A stretch of DNA of 54,684 nt, taken from positions 1-54,684 of the IMG/VR virus record IMGVR_UViG_3300012971_000005, one strand, 5' to 3'. The notes below the pieces were generated by a model, which saw only the letters and a list, made by a program, of their open reading frames with translations, did no database searches and had not been told where the DNA came from. Made by a program: the position numbers and the translations under genes. Below, one piece after another: positions 17,712 through 26,560 of this stretch (position 1 is the stretch's first letter; each line of letters starts with the position of its first letter). This stretch comes from a virus (Duplodnaviria > Caudoviricetes).

Positions 17712-20356
17712 CGCGCTGAGGCCGGCAGTTCCCACGGCGCTACCGGGCTGGGCTGTGTCGTCAGCGGGCGGTAGGCGGCCGCCTCTGGAAACTCCTGGCG
17801 AAATTCCGCCGCCGCCCCGCCCAAGGCACCGTAGAGACCGGGGGACATCGGCCCCCCGGCCTGCATCCACTGAAGCAACTGGGGCCTCCAGGTCGGTGAC
17901 ACGAGCATGCGCGCCAGGGCATAACTCCCGGCCTCATGCGCTAACCCCAACCCCATAGCGATGCCTCCCGCATGCGGATGCCCGGCCGCCGCCGCCCCTA
18001 CGGCCCCTAGGTACGGCAACAGGCGCAGCCCCGTACGCAGCAACCCCTGTTGCCCGCCCTCCGCGTACTGTTGCATAGCCGGCGTCGGCATGGTCACGGG
18101 TTCCATACGTCTGGGAACTTTGGCATACTCGGCGATGTCGGCCTGAAGCCGGGCATACTCGTCAGGGGGCAGCCATTTTTCCAGGTTCTTCGACTTCGCC
18201 ACCACATTGGCCAGCGCATCGGGATTGAACTCCCACTCACCACCTCTTTGCCGGATAATCGGACCACCCCGGCGCAGCATGTCCCCAAGCGCGCGCGCAC
18301 TTTCCCGTTGTTTCCAGGCTGACAAGGCCGCATCCAGCAAGGGCTTTTCGCCCGGCAACGACTGCGCCAGCGTGTCATGCAGCACGCCATACAGTTCCTT
18401 GGCCGCTTCACGGGTTCTCGCATCGCCACTGCGCGTCAGTTTGCCCACATCTTTCATGACATTGTTATACACGTCGCCCGCCTGGGGCTGTGGTCCCAAC
18501 GCATTGAAGCGCTGCACGAGCTGATCAAGTTGCGGCATATCCCGCAACCTGCTGCCCCACTGCGCCACGGTCTCCTGCACGGGCGTGGGCGAGACGGGTT
18601 TGCCGCCAGCAATATCGCTAAAGCGGTTGTAGAGCCGCTCCACCACATTCGCGCCTGGATCATCCCCAATAAAACGCCCCACGCCTTGTACCGGCGGCGC
18701 CCCGGTCGGATAGACCGGGCGCTCACGATAGATGCTTTCCACAAAGCCCTGGCGCAAAGCGTCGGTCGTGGGCTCCGAAATATACCCCGCTTTATGAGCA
18801 GCATCCGCCAATTCTGGCAACGTTTTGCCAGTCTGGTCATTGATCAACCGGGTAAAGACGCCCTGTTTCCCGACCTCTTTGGGCGCCATGACCTGATACC
18901 ACGGCGCATCAAGGGATTCCCCCGTCAAGCGCACACCGCCCTGTTGTTCAATGAATTGCTGGAGTTCGGGTGCCGTTCCAGGTGCCGGACCCGGCGGCCG
19001 CACGGGCTTCGACGCCCCCGGCCACTGCTGCCCGCCCTGCAAATACGTTGCGCCCTCATCCATCAACCTGGACGAGGCTTCGGCTTCCGTCGTGACTCCC
19101 AGCCGCTCCATGACCTGCTGTGCCGGACTGCCCCCTTGCTGGAGCATATCCAGGTCACGACGTACATCAAAGACGTTACGCGGAGGCATCGTCGGCTGAT
19201 ACGTGCCCGGAAGCGCCTCAGCACGGGCCAGAGCTTGCTCGTTGGCGATATTGGCGGCGCCCCGTGCTGCCGCCTCCCGTTCAGCCGCTAGGAGCAGACG
19301 GCCGGCCTTGGTCAGGGAGAGCACCCCGGCCCGCCCTAAACGAAAAGCATCCGGGACCACCGGGGCAAGCCCCGCGACAACATCGCCCAGGTCCTTCGGC
19401 AGCAGGGTAGGCTCACCAGGCATGAGGCCAAGCGCTTTATTGAGTTGATGGGCGCCGTACGAGCCCAGACCCGCCAGTACTGGTGAGGCTACAGGCGCAA
19501 AGGGGCCGGTAGCCATCCCGGCGGCAGCTCCGCCTACGGTTGCCGCAGTTTCCAGGCCGGTGGCCAGCAGGTGTCGTCCACTCATCGCCGTTGGCGCTAA
19601 AAACTCCTCAACAGCCCTGTTGATCTCTGCACTCCCCGGTCGGCCCGGCGGTCCCGCTGGAGCTGGCTGCGCTCCCGGCATCGAGTACTGGAGCCCAATC
19701 ATCGGGGCTGCTTCATACTTCCCTGGTGGGGTCCCTGGCGCGGCAGGCACCTCAGACGGCTGGGCTGGCGGAGGCGTGGGCGTGGGCACCGGAGGTGGCG
19801 CTGGCGCTGTTGGAGGCATGCCTGGTTGGGCTGGTTGGGCTGGTTGGGCTGGTTGGGCTGGTTGGGCTGGTCCAAAGAGCTCATCATACACAGCCTCGGG
19901 ATCAAACGCTTTCGCGACTTGTGCTCCTCCTCCCAGGCTGGCCGCCTGCATGCGGTAACGCCCCAGCACGTTCCCGGCAAAGTTGGGATCACTCCCCCCG
20001 TTATAGCGTTGCAGGGCTTGCGGCACATTGCCTTTGGTCTGCGCCAGTAAATCCTTAAAATAGGCAATGCCGGCCGGTGTACTCAGCGTGGGATCAGCCC
20101 GCGAGACATCATCTGGAGGTTGCCCATAATCCTGCCCCGTGGGCTTTGTCACCTGAAACAAGCCCACCACGCCTGTCGGGCTCTTCGCCGTTGGCACAAA
20201 CCGGGATTCCTGATGGGCCAGAGACAGCATCAGCGCCGGATCCATGCCCTGTTTGCGCGATTCATCGATAATCAGTTGGCGTACCTTCCCCGTGGTCCAG
20301 CCTGGGGCGTCAGGGTTAAACAGATCGTCAAAGACGGCATTCGCATCGAAGGGCAT
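17708..20356 (-). CDS. DNA ejection protein (gp16-like position) with N-terminal lytic transglycosylase (SLT) domain
   Basis: LAHQESRF, GVVGLFQV, AGIAYF, ALQRYNGG; PAQ repeats at 19822-19866; hydrophobic Gly/Ala segments. Confidence 0.8.
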   Translation of the reverse strand: MPFDANAVFDDLFNPDAPGWTTGKVRQLIIDESRKQGMDPALMLSLAHQESRFVPTAKSPTGVVGLFQVTKPTGQDYGQPPDDVSRADPTLSTPAGIAYFKDLLAQTKGNVPQALQRYNGGSDPNFAGNVLGRYRMQAASLGGGAQVAKAFDPEAVYDELFGPAQPAQPAQPAQPAQPGMPPTAPAPPPVPTPTPPPAQPSEVPAAPGTPPGKYEAAPMIGLQYSMPGAQPAPAGPPGRPGSAEINRAVEEFLAPTAMSGRHLLATGLETAATVGGAAAGMATGPFAPVASPVLAGLGSYGAHQLNKALGLMPGEPTLLPKDLGDVVAGLAPVVPDAFRLGRAGVLSLTKAGRLLLAAEREAAARGAANIANEQALARAEALPGTYQPTMPPRNVFDVRRDLDMLQQGGSPAQQVMERLGVTTEAEASSRLMDEGATYLQGGQQWPGASKPVRPPGPAPGTAPELQQFIEQQGGVRLTGESLDAPWYQVMAPKEVGKQGVFTRLINDQTGKTLPELADAAHKAGYISEPTTDALRQGFVESIYRERPVYPTGAPPVQGVGRFIGDDPGANVVERLYNRFSDIAGGKPVSPTPVQETVAQWGSRLRDMPQLDQLVQRFNALGPQPQAGDVYNNVMKDVGKLTRSGDARTREAAKELYGVLHDTLAQSLPGEKPLLDAALSAWKQRESARALGDMLRRGGPIIRQRGGEWEFNPDALANVVAKSKNLEKWLPPDEYARLQADIAEYAKVPRRMEPVTMPTPAMQQYAEGGQQGLLRTGLRLLPYLGAVGAAAAGHPHAGGIAMGLGLAHEAGSYALARMLVSPTWRPQLLQWMQAGGPMSPGLYGALGGAAAEFRQEFPEAAAYRPLTTQPSPVAPWELPASAR

Positions 20357-20357
20357 G

Positions 20358-22253
20358 TTATTGGATTCCTCTGATGTCGTACCCGCCATTGAACAAGTAT
20401 TGTTTGAGTTGCTCGCGCGTCAACGGTGGTTGTCCAAGCTGCGCCCGACGTGTCTGCGTCACATTCCACAAGTCATTAAAATTGCTCTGGCTCATGGGGC
20501 CTTTGGACGGTGCCGGCCGCTGGTAAGCCCCCGCCTCTACTGGTGTCCGCACGTCAGGCGCGACGGCTTCCCCCCGGACCAGGGGATTGTTCCGATATTG
20601 GTCCAAAAATGCCCCACGCCGCTTCTCATAGGTTTCTTCCGCCGCCTTATAGAGTTCCGCACTCTGCGACGCCAGTTGCCGCCGTTGCTCGTCCCCCAGA
20701 GTCCCACCACGCGAGAGCGTTTCCCAAAATTTGCCAAAGCGCTGCTCAAGAGAGCCAATTTGCTCGACGGTCGGTTCCCCCGTGAGGCGTGTACTGAGCG
20801 GATTGCTCAAATGCACAAAGGCCCGCACCAGGCTCTTATCCGCCGCGTTCCGATTGGTGGCTGCCACCGGACCAACGGACGCCTGCACTTGCCGCATGGC
20901 GTCCACCATGGTCGGAAACGGGCCAATATCTTTGACATACTGCTCATGCGCCGCCCTCTCTTCCTCATTGCGGAATTTGATGGCCGCAATATCCCGGATG
21001 GGTTCACCGCCCGGCCCTAGCAACGGTTGTGCCGTGCTGGGGACAGTCGGAGCCCCGGCTCCGCCGCCAGAGGGAGGCACATTGGCCCCAGGATACACAG
21101 GCTCCCGTTGACGGTATCCGTATATATCCGTCCCATAGCCCGTTTTGCGTAACTCTTCCCGCCGCACCAGCGCCTCTTCCGCCGGCGGCGTCAACCCGCC
21201 CCCCACGCTCCCCGGCGCATAGGGCGACGGCGCGCCCGGCGGCAGATACTTATACGTAAACTGAGGCCCGGCCGTGGTGTCGGTCCTGACCAGTTCCCCG
21301 GCCTCACGGCGTTCCTTGAAGCGCTCCGTCCAATTCTTAAACTCGTCATTGGCCCGGCCCCAGGCGGCGATCTGTTGCTCCCCCCGCGTCTTGGCGTCCA
21401 GGGCTTGCGCCGCCAGCGCCCCGACCATCTGCGGGTTGTACTGGTCCGGCCACTGCTGCGCTCCTGGAATACCCCGTGCGACCGCCACGGCACGGGCTTG
21501 CTGCCACGCTGCCGGACGTTCGGCTTCCGGGCGCGACATGACGGAATCCGCGATCTGCGCCATCGCATTGTTGGACGCAATCGCAAAGTCTAACTGGCCC
21601 CTTTGCTGCTCCATCAGATGTTTATCCATGGTCATGAAGCGGTCGATAATCGGCCCGACCACCTCCGGATGCCCCTGCATATACATGCGGTCATAGAGCT
21701 GCCGCTGGCGCTGCACGTCAGCCATGATGTCACGCTGCGGTGCCGGTTGAGCCTGGGCTTGCGGCTGCGGTGTCGGTTGTCCCTGGGGCTGTGGTGGAGC
21801 TTGCGGCTGTGGTGCTGTCTGTGGTGGCGTTGTTGCACGTGGAACACTGGGAGGGGCGGGAGACAGCCCAAGGTCTGCCTGGTAGGGATTGAGCTGTTCA
21901 GGAGCTAAACTGGGCTGTGGCCCCGGCTGTGCGCCCGGCACCTGCACCCCGGCCACTGGTTGCTGCGCAGCAGGGGTGGCCGGCATCACGGTACCGCCTG
22001 ACGCCCCCATGGGAGCATTAGACGGTCCCTGCCCACTGCGATAGGCAAGGAGCTGCTGAAAGGCGCCCTGGGGATCTTGCAGATTACGGTAAGTCTGCAT
22101 TTTAAGCCCCAGGTCCTGTAACTGGAGATTGCGCAACGCCGCCTGACTTTGGAGGTTCTGCAATTGTGCCACAGTAAGCAGGACCTGGCTGGGATCAGAC
22201 CCCTGGAATTGAGGAGGGCGGACCTGCAAGCTTATGTCTGGTTGGAGTGGGAT
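20358..22253 (-). CDS. DNA ejection protein (gp20-like position); start possibly a non-canonical ATC
   Basis: Gln/Pro/Ala-rich and helical; lies between the other two ejection genes; AGGAGG 6 nt before an in-frame ATC at 22253. Confidence 0.7.
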   Translation of the reverse strand: MPLQPDISLQVRPPQFQGSDPSQVLLTVAQLQNLQSQAALRNLQLQDLGLKMQTYRNLQDPQGAFQQLLAYRSGQGPSNAPMGASGGTVMPATPAAQQPVAGVQVPGAQPGPQPSLAPEQLNPYQADLGLSPAPPSVPRATTPPQTAPQPQAPPQPQGQPTPQPQAQAQPAPQRDIMADVQRQRQLYDRMYMQGHPEVVGPIIDRFMTMDKHLMEQQRGQLDFAIASNNAMAQIADSVMSRPEAERPAAWQQARAVAVARGIPGAQQWPDQYNPQMVGALAAQALDAKTRGEQQIAAWGRANDEFKNWTERFKERREAGELVRTDTTAGPQFTYKYLPPGAPSPYAPGSVGGGLTPPAEEALVRREELRKTGYGTDIYGYRQREPVYPGANVPPSGGGAGAPTVPSTAQPLLGPGGEPIRDIAAIKFRNEEERAAHEQYVKDIGPFPTMVDAMRQVQASVGPVAATNRNAADKSLVRAFVHLSNPLSTRLTGEPTVEQIGSLEQRFGKFWETLSRGGTLGDEQRRQLASQSAELYKAAEETYEKRRGAFLDQYRNNPLVRGEAVAPDVRTPVEAGAYQRPAPSKGPMSQSNFNDLWNVTQTRRAQLGQPPLTREQLKQYLFNGGYDIRGIQ

Positions 22254-22272
22254 AACCCACCTCCTTTCTGCG

Positions 22273-23082
22273 CTACTTCTCCACCCGCGGCATGAGCGTC
22301 AGCGCCGCTTGCCCACTCTGGCGCATCAGCCAGTCTGGCAACCGTTCGTGGATGATTCCCACATGGTACGAATGTTCTGAGTCATACCGCTTGCCGCCTA
22401 CTCCCTGGTTGCGCACCGGGTACCCATTTTGCAAACAGTAAGAAGTCAGATACCGGCCAAACCGCGCCCACATCGGCTCAGGAAAGACCGACCTCAGGTC
22501 GGGATGCAAATACACATACTCGTGGATGGTCAACCACTGTTGCTGCGCTAGGGCCAGCGTGGATTTGGCTTCGGCCTGGGCAGCCCTGGCTTCGGCCTGC
22601 ACGGCCTGCTGCTGCGCCGCTGCTGCCAGCAAACGGGTATCTTCAATGGCATCAGCCAACTGATGGATCGCTTGCAAATCAGGAAACTGCCCACGCCCCC
22701 GCAACGGCAACCGTGGATTCTGTGCCAATCCCGCCATCCAATAGTCCCGCAAGGCCCCTGCACACTCTTCTTGATAGGCCAGTAATTTGTCCCGCACCCC
22801 CTCCTGCACTTTTTCCGCAGAAATGCCAGCTAACCAGGCAGGCAGATAATCAATATCGAGCAACACCGTTTTACGCACTCCCCCCTCCGTTTCGATATCG
22901 AAACGGAGCGTATGCCGTTGATATAACAAGGAATGCAAGATTTTTTGTGACTGACTTCCCCAGGAAAGACCCAGGCGTACACAGATTTCACGCGGCAGAC
23001 AATACACCTTCCCCGTGTGTTCATGACGGCAGGTACTAATCTCGTCACCGTGAAAGTCTATCCGTTGCATCGTCATCATCAT
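22273..23082 (-). CDS. ant: Antirepressor with P22 Ant N-terminal domain
   Basis: IDFHGDEI, VYCLPREICVRLGLSWGSQSQKI, LPAWLAGISAEKV, KLLAYQEECAGALRDYW. Confidence 0.8.
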   Translation of the reverse strand: MMMTMQRIDFHGDEISTCRHEHTGKVYCLPREICVRLGLSWGSQSQKILHSLLYQRHTLRFDIETEGGVRKTVLLDIDYLPAWLAGISAEKVQEGVRDKLLAYQEECAGALRDYWMAGLAQNPRLPLRGRGQFPDLQAIHQLADAIEDTRLLAAAAQQQAVQAEARAAQAEAKSTLALAQQQWLTIHEYVYLHPDLRSVFPEPMWARFGRYLTSYCLQNGYPVRNQGVGGKRYDSEHSYHVGIIHERLPDWLMRQSGQAALTLMPRVEK

Positions 23083-23528
23083 GACTTCTCCCCTGCCGCT
23101 TGCCGCGCGGCCTCATCACGATGCTGTCGTGCACGGGCTGTTCTCTCTAGCATATCCAAGAGTGCGCACAAGTCAGGATACTTATCAGCGACGTTGGGAC
23201 TCCGTCCCTCACAAGAATGACCAAAGAGGGCAGGGAAAACATGCTGCCACGCCCAAGCCCGAAACCGAACCGCCTCTGGCGTCGTAGACACAAACGCCAG
23301 ACCATAAAGCCCCGCATCATTTATCATCGCAAAGCACGGGCACCCCCGCACCTCTACAGCCGTCCATACGCCTCGTTCGTCATCGGCAAGTTGAGCCAAA
23401 GCCGCCGGCACGTCGCCAAGTCCGAGCACAGTACAGACATCGGCGGCCAACAACCACAAAATGCCATCTGATGTGACTTGCCCTCGGATTGCCTGTTCAT
23501 TAAACTCAAATGCTATCAGGTCGCTCAT
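23079..23528 (-). CDS. Bro-N domain protein
   Basis: FEFNEQAIR, WLLAADVCTVLGL, LADDER, INDAGLYGL, PEAVRFRAW. Confidence 0.85.
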   Translation of the reverse strand: MSDLIAFEFNEQAIRGQVTSDGILWLLAADVCTVLGLGDVPAALAQLADDERGVWTAVEVRGCPCFAMINDAGLYGLAFVSTTPEAVRFRAWAWQHVFPALFGHSCEGRSPNVADKYPDLCALLDMLERTARARQHRDEAARQAAGEKS

Positions 23529-23598
23529 TGTGTTTCCCTCTGCGAAACATGGTTAGTCACCTGAGGAGGGCTGGCCCCTGTGGCCGGCCCTTTTATTT
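23514..23598. promoter_or_regulatory. Duplicated antirepressor leader, copy 1, containing a + strand intrinsic terminator (23567-23598)
   Basis: Near-identical to 36447-36531; AGGGCTGGCC-loop-GGCCGGCCCT followed by TTTATTT. Confidence 0.75.
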
Positions 23599-23659
23599 CT
23601 TACCGTCCCCCAAGGGTGTCGGTTAAGACGACACCATTTTCCTTTATAGCACAGTCCTT

Positions 23660-25612
23660 TTAAAATCCATACCCCCCACCATACAGGCTCCCATAGCCAC
23701 CATAACCACCATAGCCATAGGGATTTCTGCCCATGCCTTGAGCATATTGAGATAAAAGATTATAATTTAAATAGCCCTGAAAAGCATTACCAATCCCCTG
23801 CAAACCGCCCATCCAGGCATTGGCCGCACCGACGCGCCCCGCGGCCTGGGCTGCCCCGGCTGAGGTCAAATTCGCCGCTTGCTGCCCCGCTATCTGGCCG
23901 CCTAATTGACCGGTCGCCCCTAGCGACGTCTGCCCGACACCCGCCAGACCCGCCAACTCGTTAAACTGCATATTCCTGAGCCCACTCTGGGTGGCGAGAT
24001 TGGTATTATATTGACTCAGGCGCCGCTGTTGATCCGTCTCATTGGCCGTCTGCGCGAGTTCATACTGCCGCTGCGTTTCCCCCAAGGCCCGCTGATAGAG
24101 ATCGGCATTGGCTTGATAGGCCCGCTGGTAATTCATCTGGTTGCGGTCCAGCGCCCGCGCGTAAGCCGCGCCGTATTCCTGGGACGCCATCTGTTGTCCA
24201 AAGTCCTGGGCCGCTTTGAGTTGTCCCCCCGAGACCAGCGTGCCCTGGGCTGCGGCACTACGCTCCAGGGCCTTCTGACCTTGCTGCACGCGGAAGGCAT
24301 AGCCAGGATCGTCCGAGAGCACTTGCTGCCCGGTCGTCGGCGTAAAGGCATACTGCCCAGGCTGTAACGGTTGAAACTGCGCCGCCTGGCTCCCCGTCAT
24401 GCCTCCGGCACCGCCACCAGCAGCGCCAGCAGCGCCAGCAGCGCCAGCAGCGCCTCCAGGACCTCCAACTCCCTGACTCAGCCAGGGCGCATTCGGGGTA
24501 AAGCTATACGCGGTGGGATCAAGCGTCGGCGTCGCCTGAAAATTCGGATACGTGAGCGGATTCATGGTCAGCGGGATGAGCTGACCCAGGCCGTAGTATC
24601 CGGCTTCACGGTACGGTCCCTGATCGGCCCGCTGTTGCTGGTACATCTGCCACAGCGTCTGATTGGCTTGATTGGCCGCCTGGGCTTGAATATTGGCCGC
24701 ATCCCGTGCCGCAGACGCCGACATGCCGGCGCCAATGAGGCCGCCGATGGCTTGAATGCCCGTCGCAGCCAGCGGGCCGTAGCCGCCCAGCAGGCCGCCT
24801 CCACCGCCCAGCAGGCCGCCTCCACCGCCCAGCAGGCCGCCCAAAAATCCCCCACCGCCCGTGGCTGGTGTCAAGGCCCCCATCGTCGCCGCAGTCACGT
24901 CTGGTGCCAACGTGCTGATCGGAATGCCCGCCGCCAGTGCCCCGGCCCCGGCCCCGGCCCCGGCCCCGGCTGCCCCGAGGCTGCCCGCCGCGGCTGGAAA
25001 GGTCGTCTCTAACCCCAGTTCACCAGCCGCCAGCGCTCCGGCCGCTGGAGCCGCTGGGGCACCCCCCAAGGCCGCATACGCCGCCGGAATGCCATACCCC
25101 GCCAGCAACCCCCCGACTCCCACCAGCCCAATCCCGGCCAGCGAGCCCCAGATCGGACCAAGCCCGAACAGCCCGCCCTGGTCGACGGGATACGACACGG
25201 ACGTCGGACCGCCGGTGCCTGGATCGGTTTGGTAGAGGTTCCAGCCTCTGCCACCCGCATCCGCACTGGCCTGGGTGGGGTGGTAGTAGCTGCCCACCAC
25301 ATTGCCCTGGGCGTCAATCCGCTCCAGGCCGCCGCCGCCACCCTGCGTCTGGCGCACATCGGTACCTGGGGTATACTGCATATCGCGGTACCAATACACT
25401 CCAGGGTTCAGCGGGTCAGGCGTGGTGAATTGCCCGCCCGGACCATAGGGATCCGTATTGCTGACCGTCGGCGGCCCCGGCAGGCGCATATAGCCACCCG
25501 GCGCCCGGTCATCAACGTAATAATAAAAGCCGCCCAGGTTCGGCGTATACTCCACCGGGCGCACCTGGCCACGGTCGTCTATCCAGTTCCCGCTAGGATC
25601 GTAACCGGCCAT
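23660..25612 (-). CDS. DNA ejection protein (gp7-like position)
   Basis: Gly/Ala-rich hydrophobic segments; YQQQRADQGPYREAG; DPGYAFRVQQGQKALERSAAAQGTLVSGG; AGAAQAAGRVGAANA. Confidence 0.75.
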   Translation of the reverse strand: MAGYDPSGNWIDDRGQVRPVEYTPNLGGFYYYVDDRAPGGYMRLPGPPTVSNTDPYGPGGQFTTPDPLNPGVYWYRDMQYTPGTDVRQTQGGGGGLERIDAQGNVVGSYYHPTQASADAGGRGWNLYQTDPGTGGPTSVSYPVDQGGLFGLGPIWGSLAGIGLVGVGGLLAGYGIPAAYAALGGAPAAPAAGALAAGELGLETTFPAAAGSLGAAGAGAGAGAGALAAGIPISTLAPDVTAATMGALTPATGGGGFLGGLLGGGGGLLGGGGGLLGGYGPLAATGIQAIGGLIGAGMSASAARDAANIQAQAANQANQTLWQMYQQQRADQGPYREAGYYGLGQLIPLTMNPLTYPNFQATPTLDPTAYSFTPNAPWLSQGVGGPGGAAGAAGAAGAAGGGAGGMTGSQAAQFQPLQPGQYAFTPTTGQQVLSDDPGYAFRVQQGQKALERSAAAQGTLVSGGQLKAAQDFGQQMASQEYGAAYARALDRNQMNYQRAYQANADLYQRALGETQRQYELAQTANETDQQRRLSQYNTNLATQSGLRNMQFNELAGLAGVGQTSLGATGQLGGQIAGQQAANLTSAGAAQAAGRVGAANAWMGGLQGIGNAFQGYLNYNLLSQYAQGMGRNPYGYGGYGGYGSLYGGGYGF

Positions 25613-25628
25613 TATTCACTACCTTATG

Positions 25629-25880
25629 TCAATCCTTGACGTACTCCACCGTAAGGACGTGGGGGACTGGACGCGCTTCAAGCGCCGTGACTCTGGTTTC
25701 CAGATCCCGGATGGCCCGCACCAGGCCCTCGAAAAACTGGGTCGTGCTCACGCTCACCTGCCCCCGGCTAAAGTCCAGCGCCATCATTTGCACGGTCGCT
25801 GCCGTGTAGGGAATGGTCTGCGCCACAAACGTCTCCTCAGGGTCAGGGTCGCTGCTCCCACCCCTGCAAAATGCGCTCAA
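25629..25880 (-). CDS. Hypothetical protein (possible small virion protein; true start uncertain)
   Basis: Short coiled coil IRDLETRVTALE; fills a gap in the late operon. Confidence 0.5.
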   Translation of the reverse strand: MSAFCRGGSSDPDPEETFVAQTIPYTAATVQMMALDFSRGQVSVSTTQFFEGLVRAIRDLETRVTALEARPVPHVLTVEYVKD

Positions 25881-26070
25881 TCGTCGCCAGGCACTCGCTC
25901 ATCGGCATGTCCTGAAGGCGCTTCGGTGCCAGCGCCCACGGCAATACCCCCGGTGCCCGGACCAACGTGCAGCGTGCCTGGTGCGTAACATCTACTTGGA
26001 GGTAGAGCGAGCCAGCGCAACCACTACAACTCGCTCCAAGCAGAGACATCAGCACCAGGACACGCCTCAT
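25843..26070 (-). CDS. Putative small lipoprotein
   Basis: MRRVLVLMSLLGASCSGC lipobox-like signal. Confidence 0.5.
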   Translation of the reverse strand: MRRVLVLMSLLGASCSGCAGSLYLQVDVTHQARCTLVRAPGVLPWALAPKRLQDMPMSECLATIERILQGWEQRP

Positions 26071-26077
26071 TGAAGCC

Positions 26078-26560
26078 CTAGAGCCGGTCAGTCGTCGCTA
26101 GCACGGCCCACGACACCGCCAACGCCTCTGCCACGGCTCCCGCCCCCGAGGTCTGCCTCGCCTCGATCATGTCTCGTGTATGCATCGTTCTGGGCTCCTG
26201 CCCTGGCCACACCTGCTGCGACAACTCTTCCACAGCATGCATCAACGCATCTGCTTCGGTAATCGTCAGATAGCGCTCCGGCCGACAGCCTTGAAAACAC
26301 GGCATATTCTCAACACAAGCCCAGAGACGACAAATGAGGGGACGTACAACATACACGGTGCATTTACCCTTTTTGAGCAAAGGACAAGCGGTTTGTTTCG
26401 CTTCCGCTAACCGTAACGGGCTAGCCCGCTTAATCCGTATCCATTCTAAATAGGACATTCCTAAAGGTCCGCAGCAATCTTGGCATAGTCCTTTACAGGT
26501 AATAGATGGCACCTGAGCATAGATCTTTTCAAGGGCTACGCAAGCGTCTGTAAACGTCAT
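26078..26560 (-). CDS. YkgJ/CxxCxxCC cysteine-cluster protein
   Basis: CKGLCQDCCGP and CPLLKKGKCTVYVVRPLICRLW. Confidence 0.8.
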   Translation of the reverse strand: MTFTDACVALEKIYAQVPSITCKGLCQDCCGPLGMSYLEWIRIKRASPLRLAEAKQTACPLLKKGKCTVYVVRPLICRLWACVENMPCFQGCRPERYLTITEADALMHAVEELSQQVWPGQEPRTMHTRDMIEARQTSGAGAVAEALAVSWAVLATTDRL

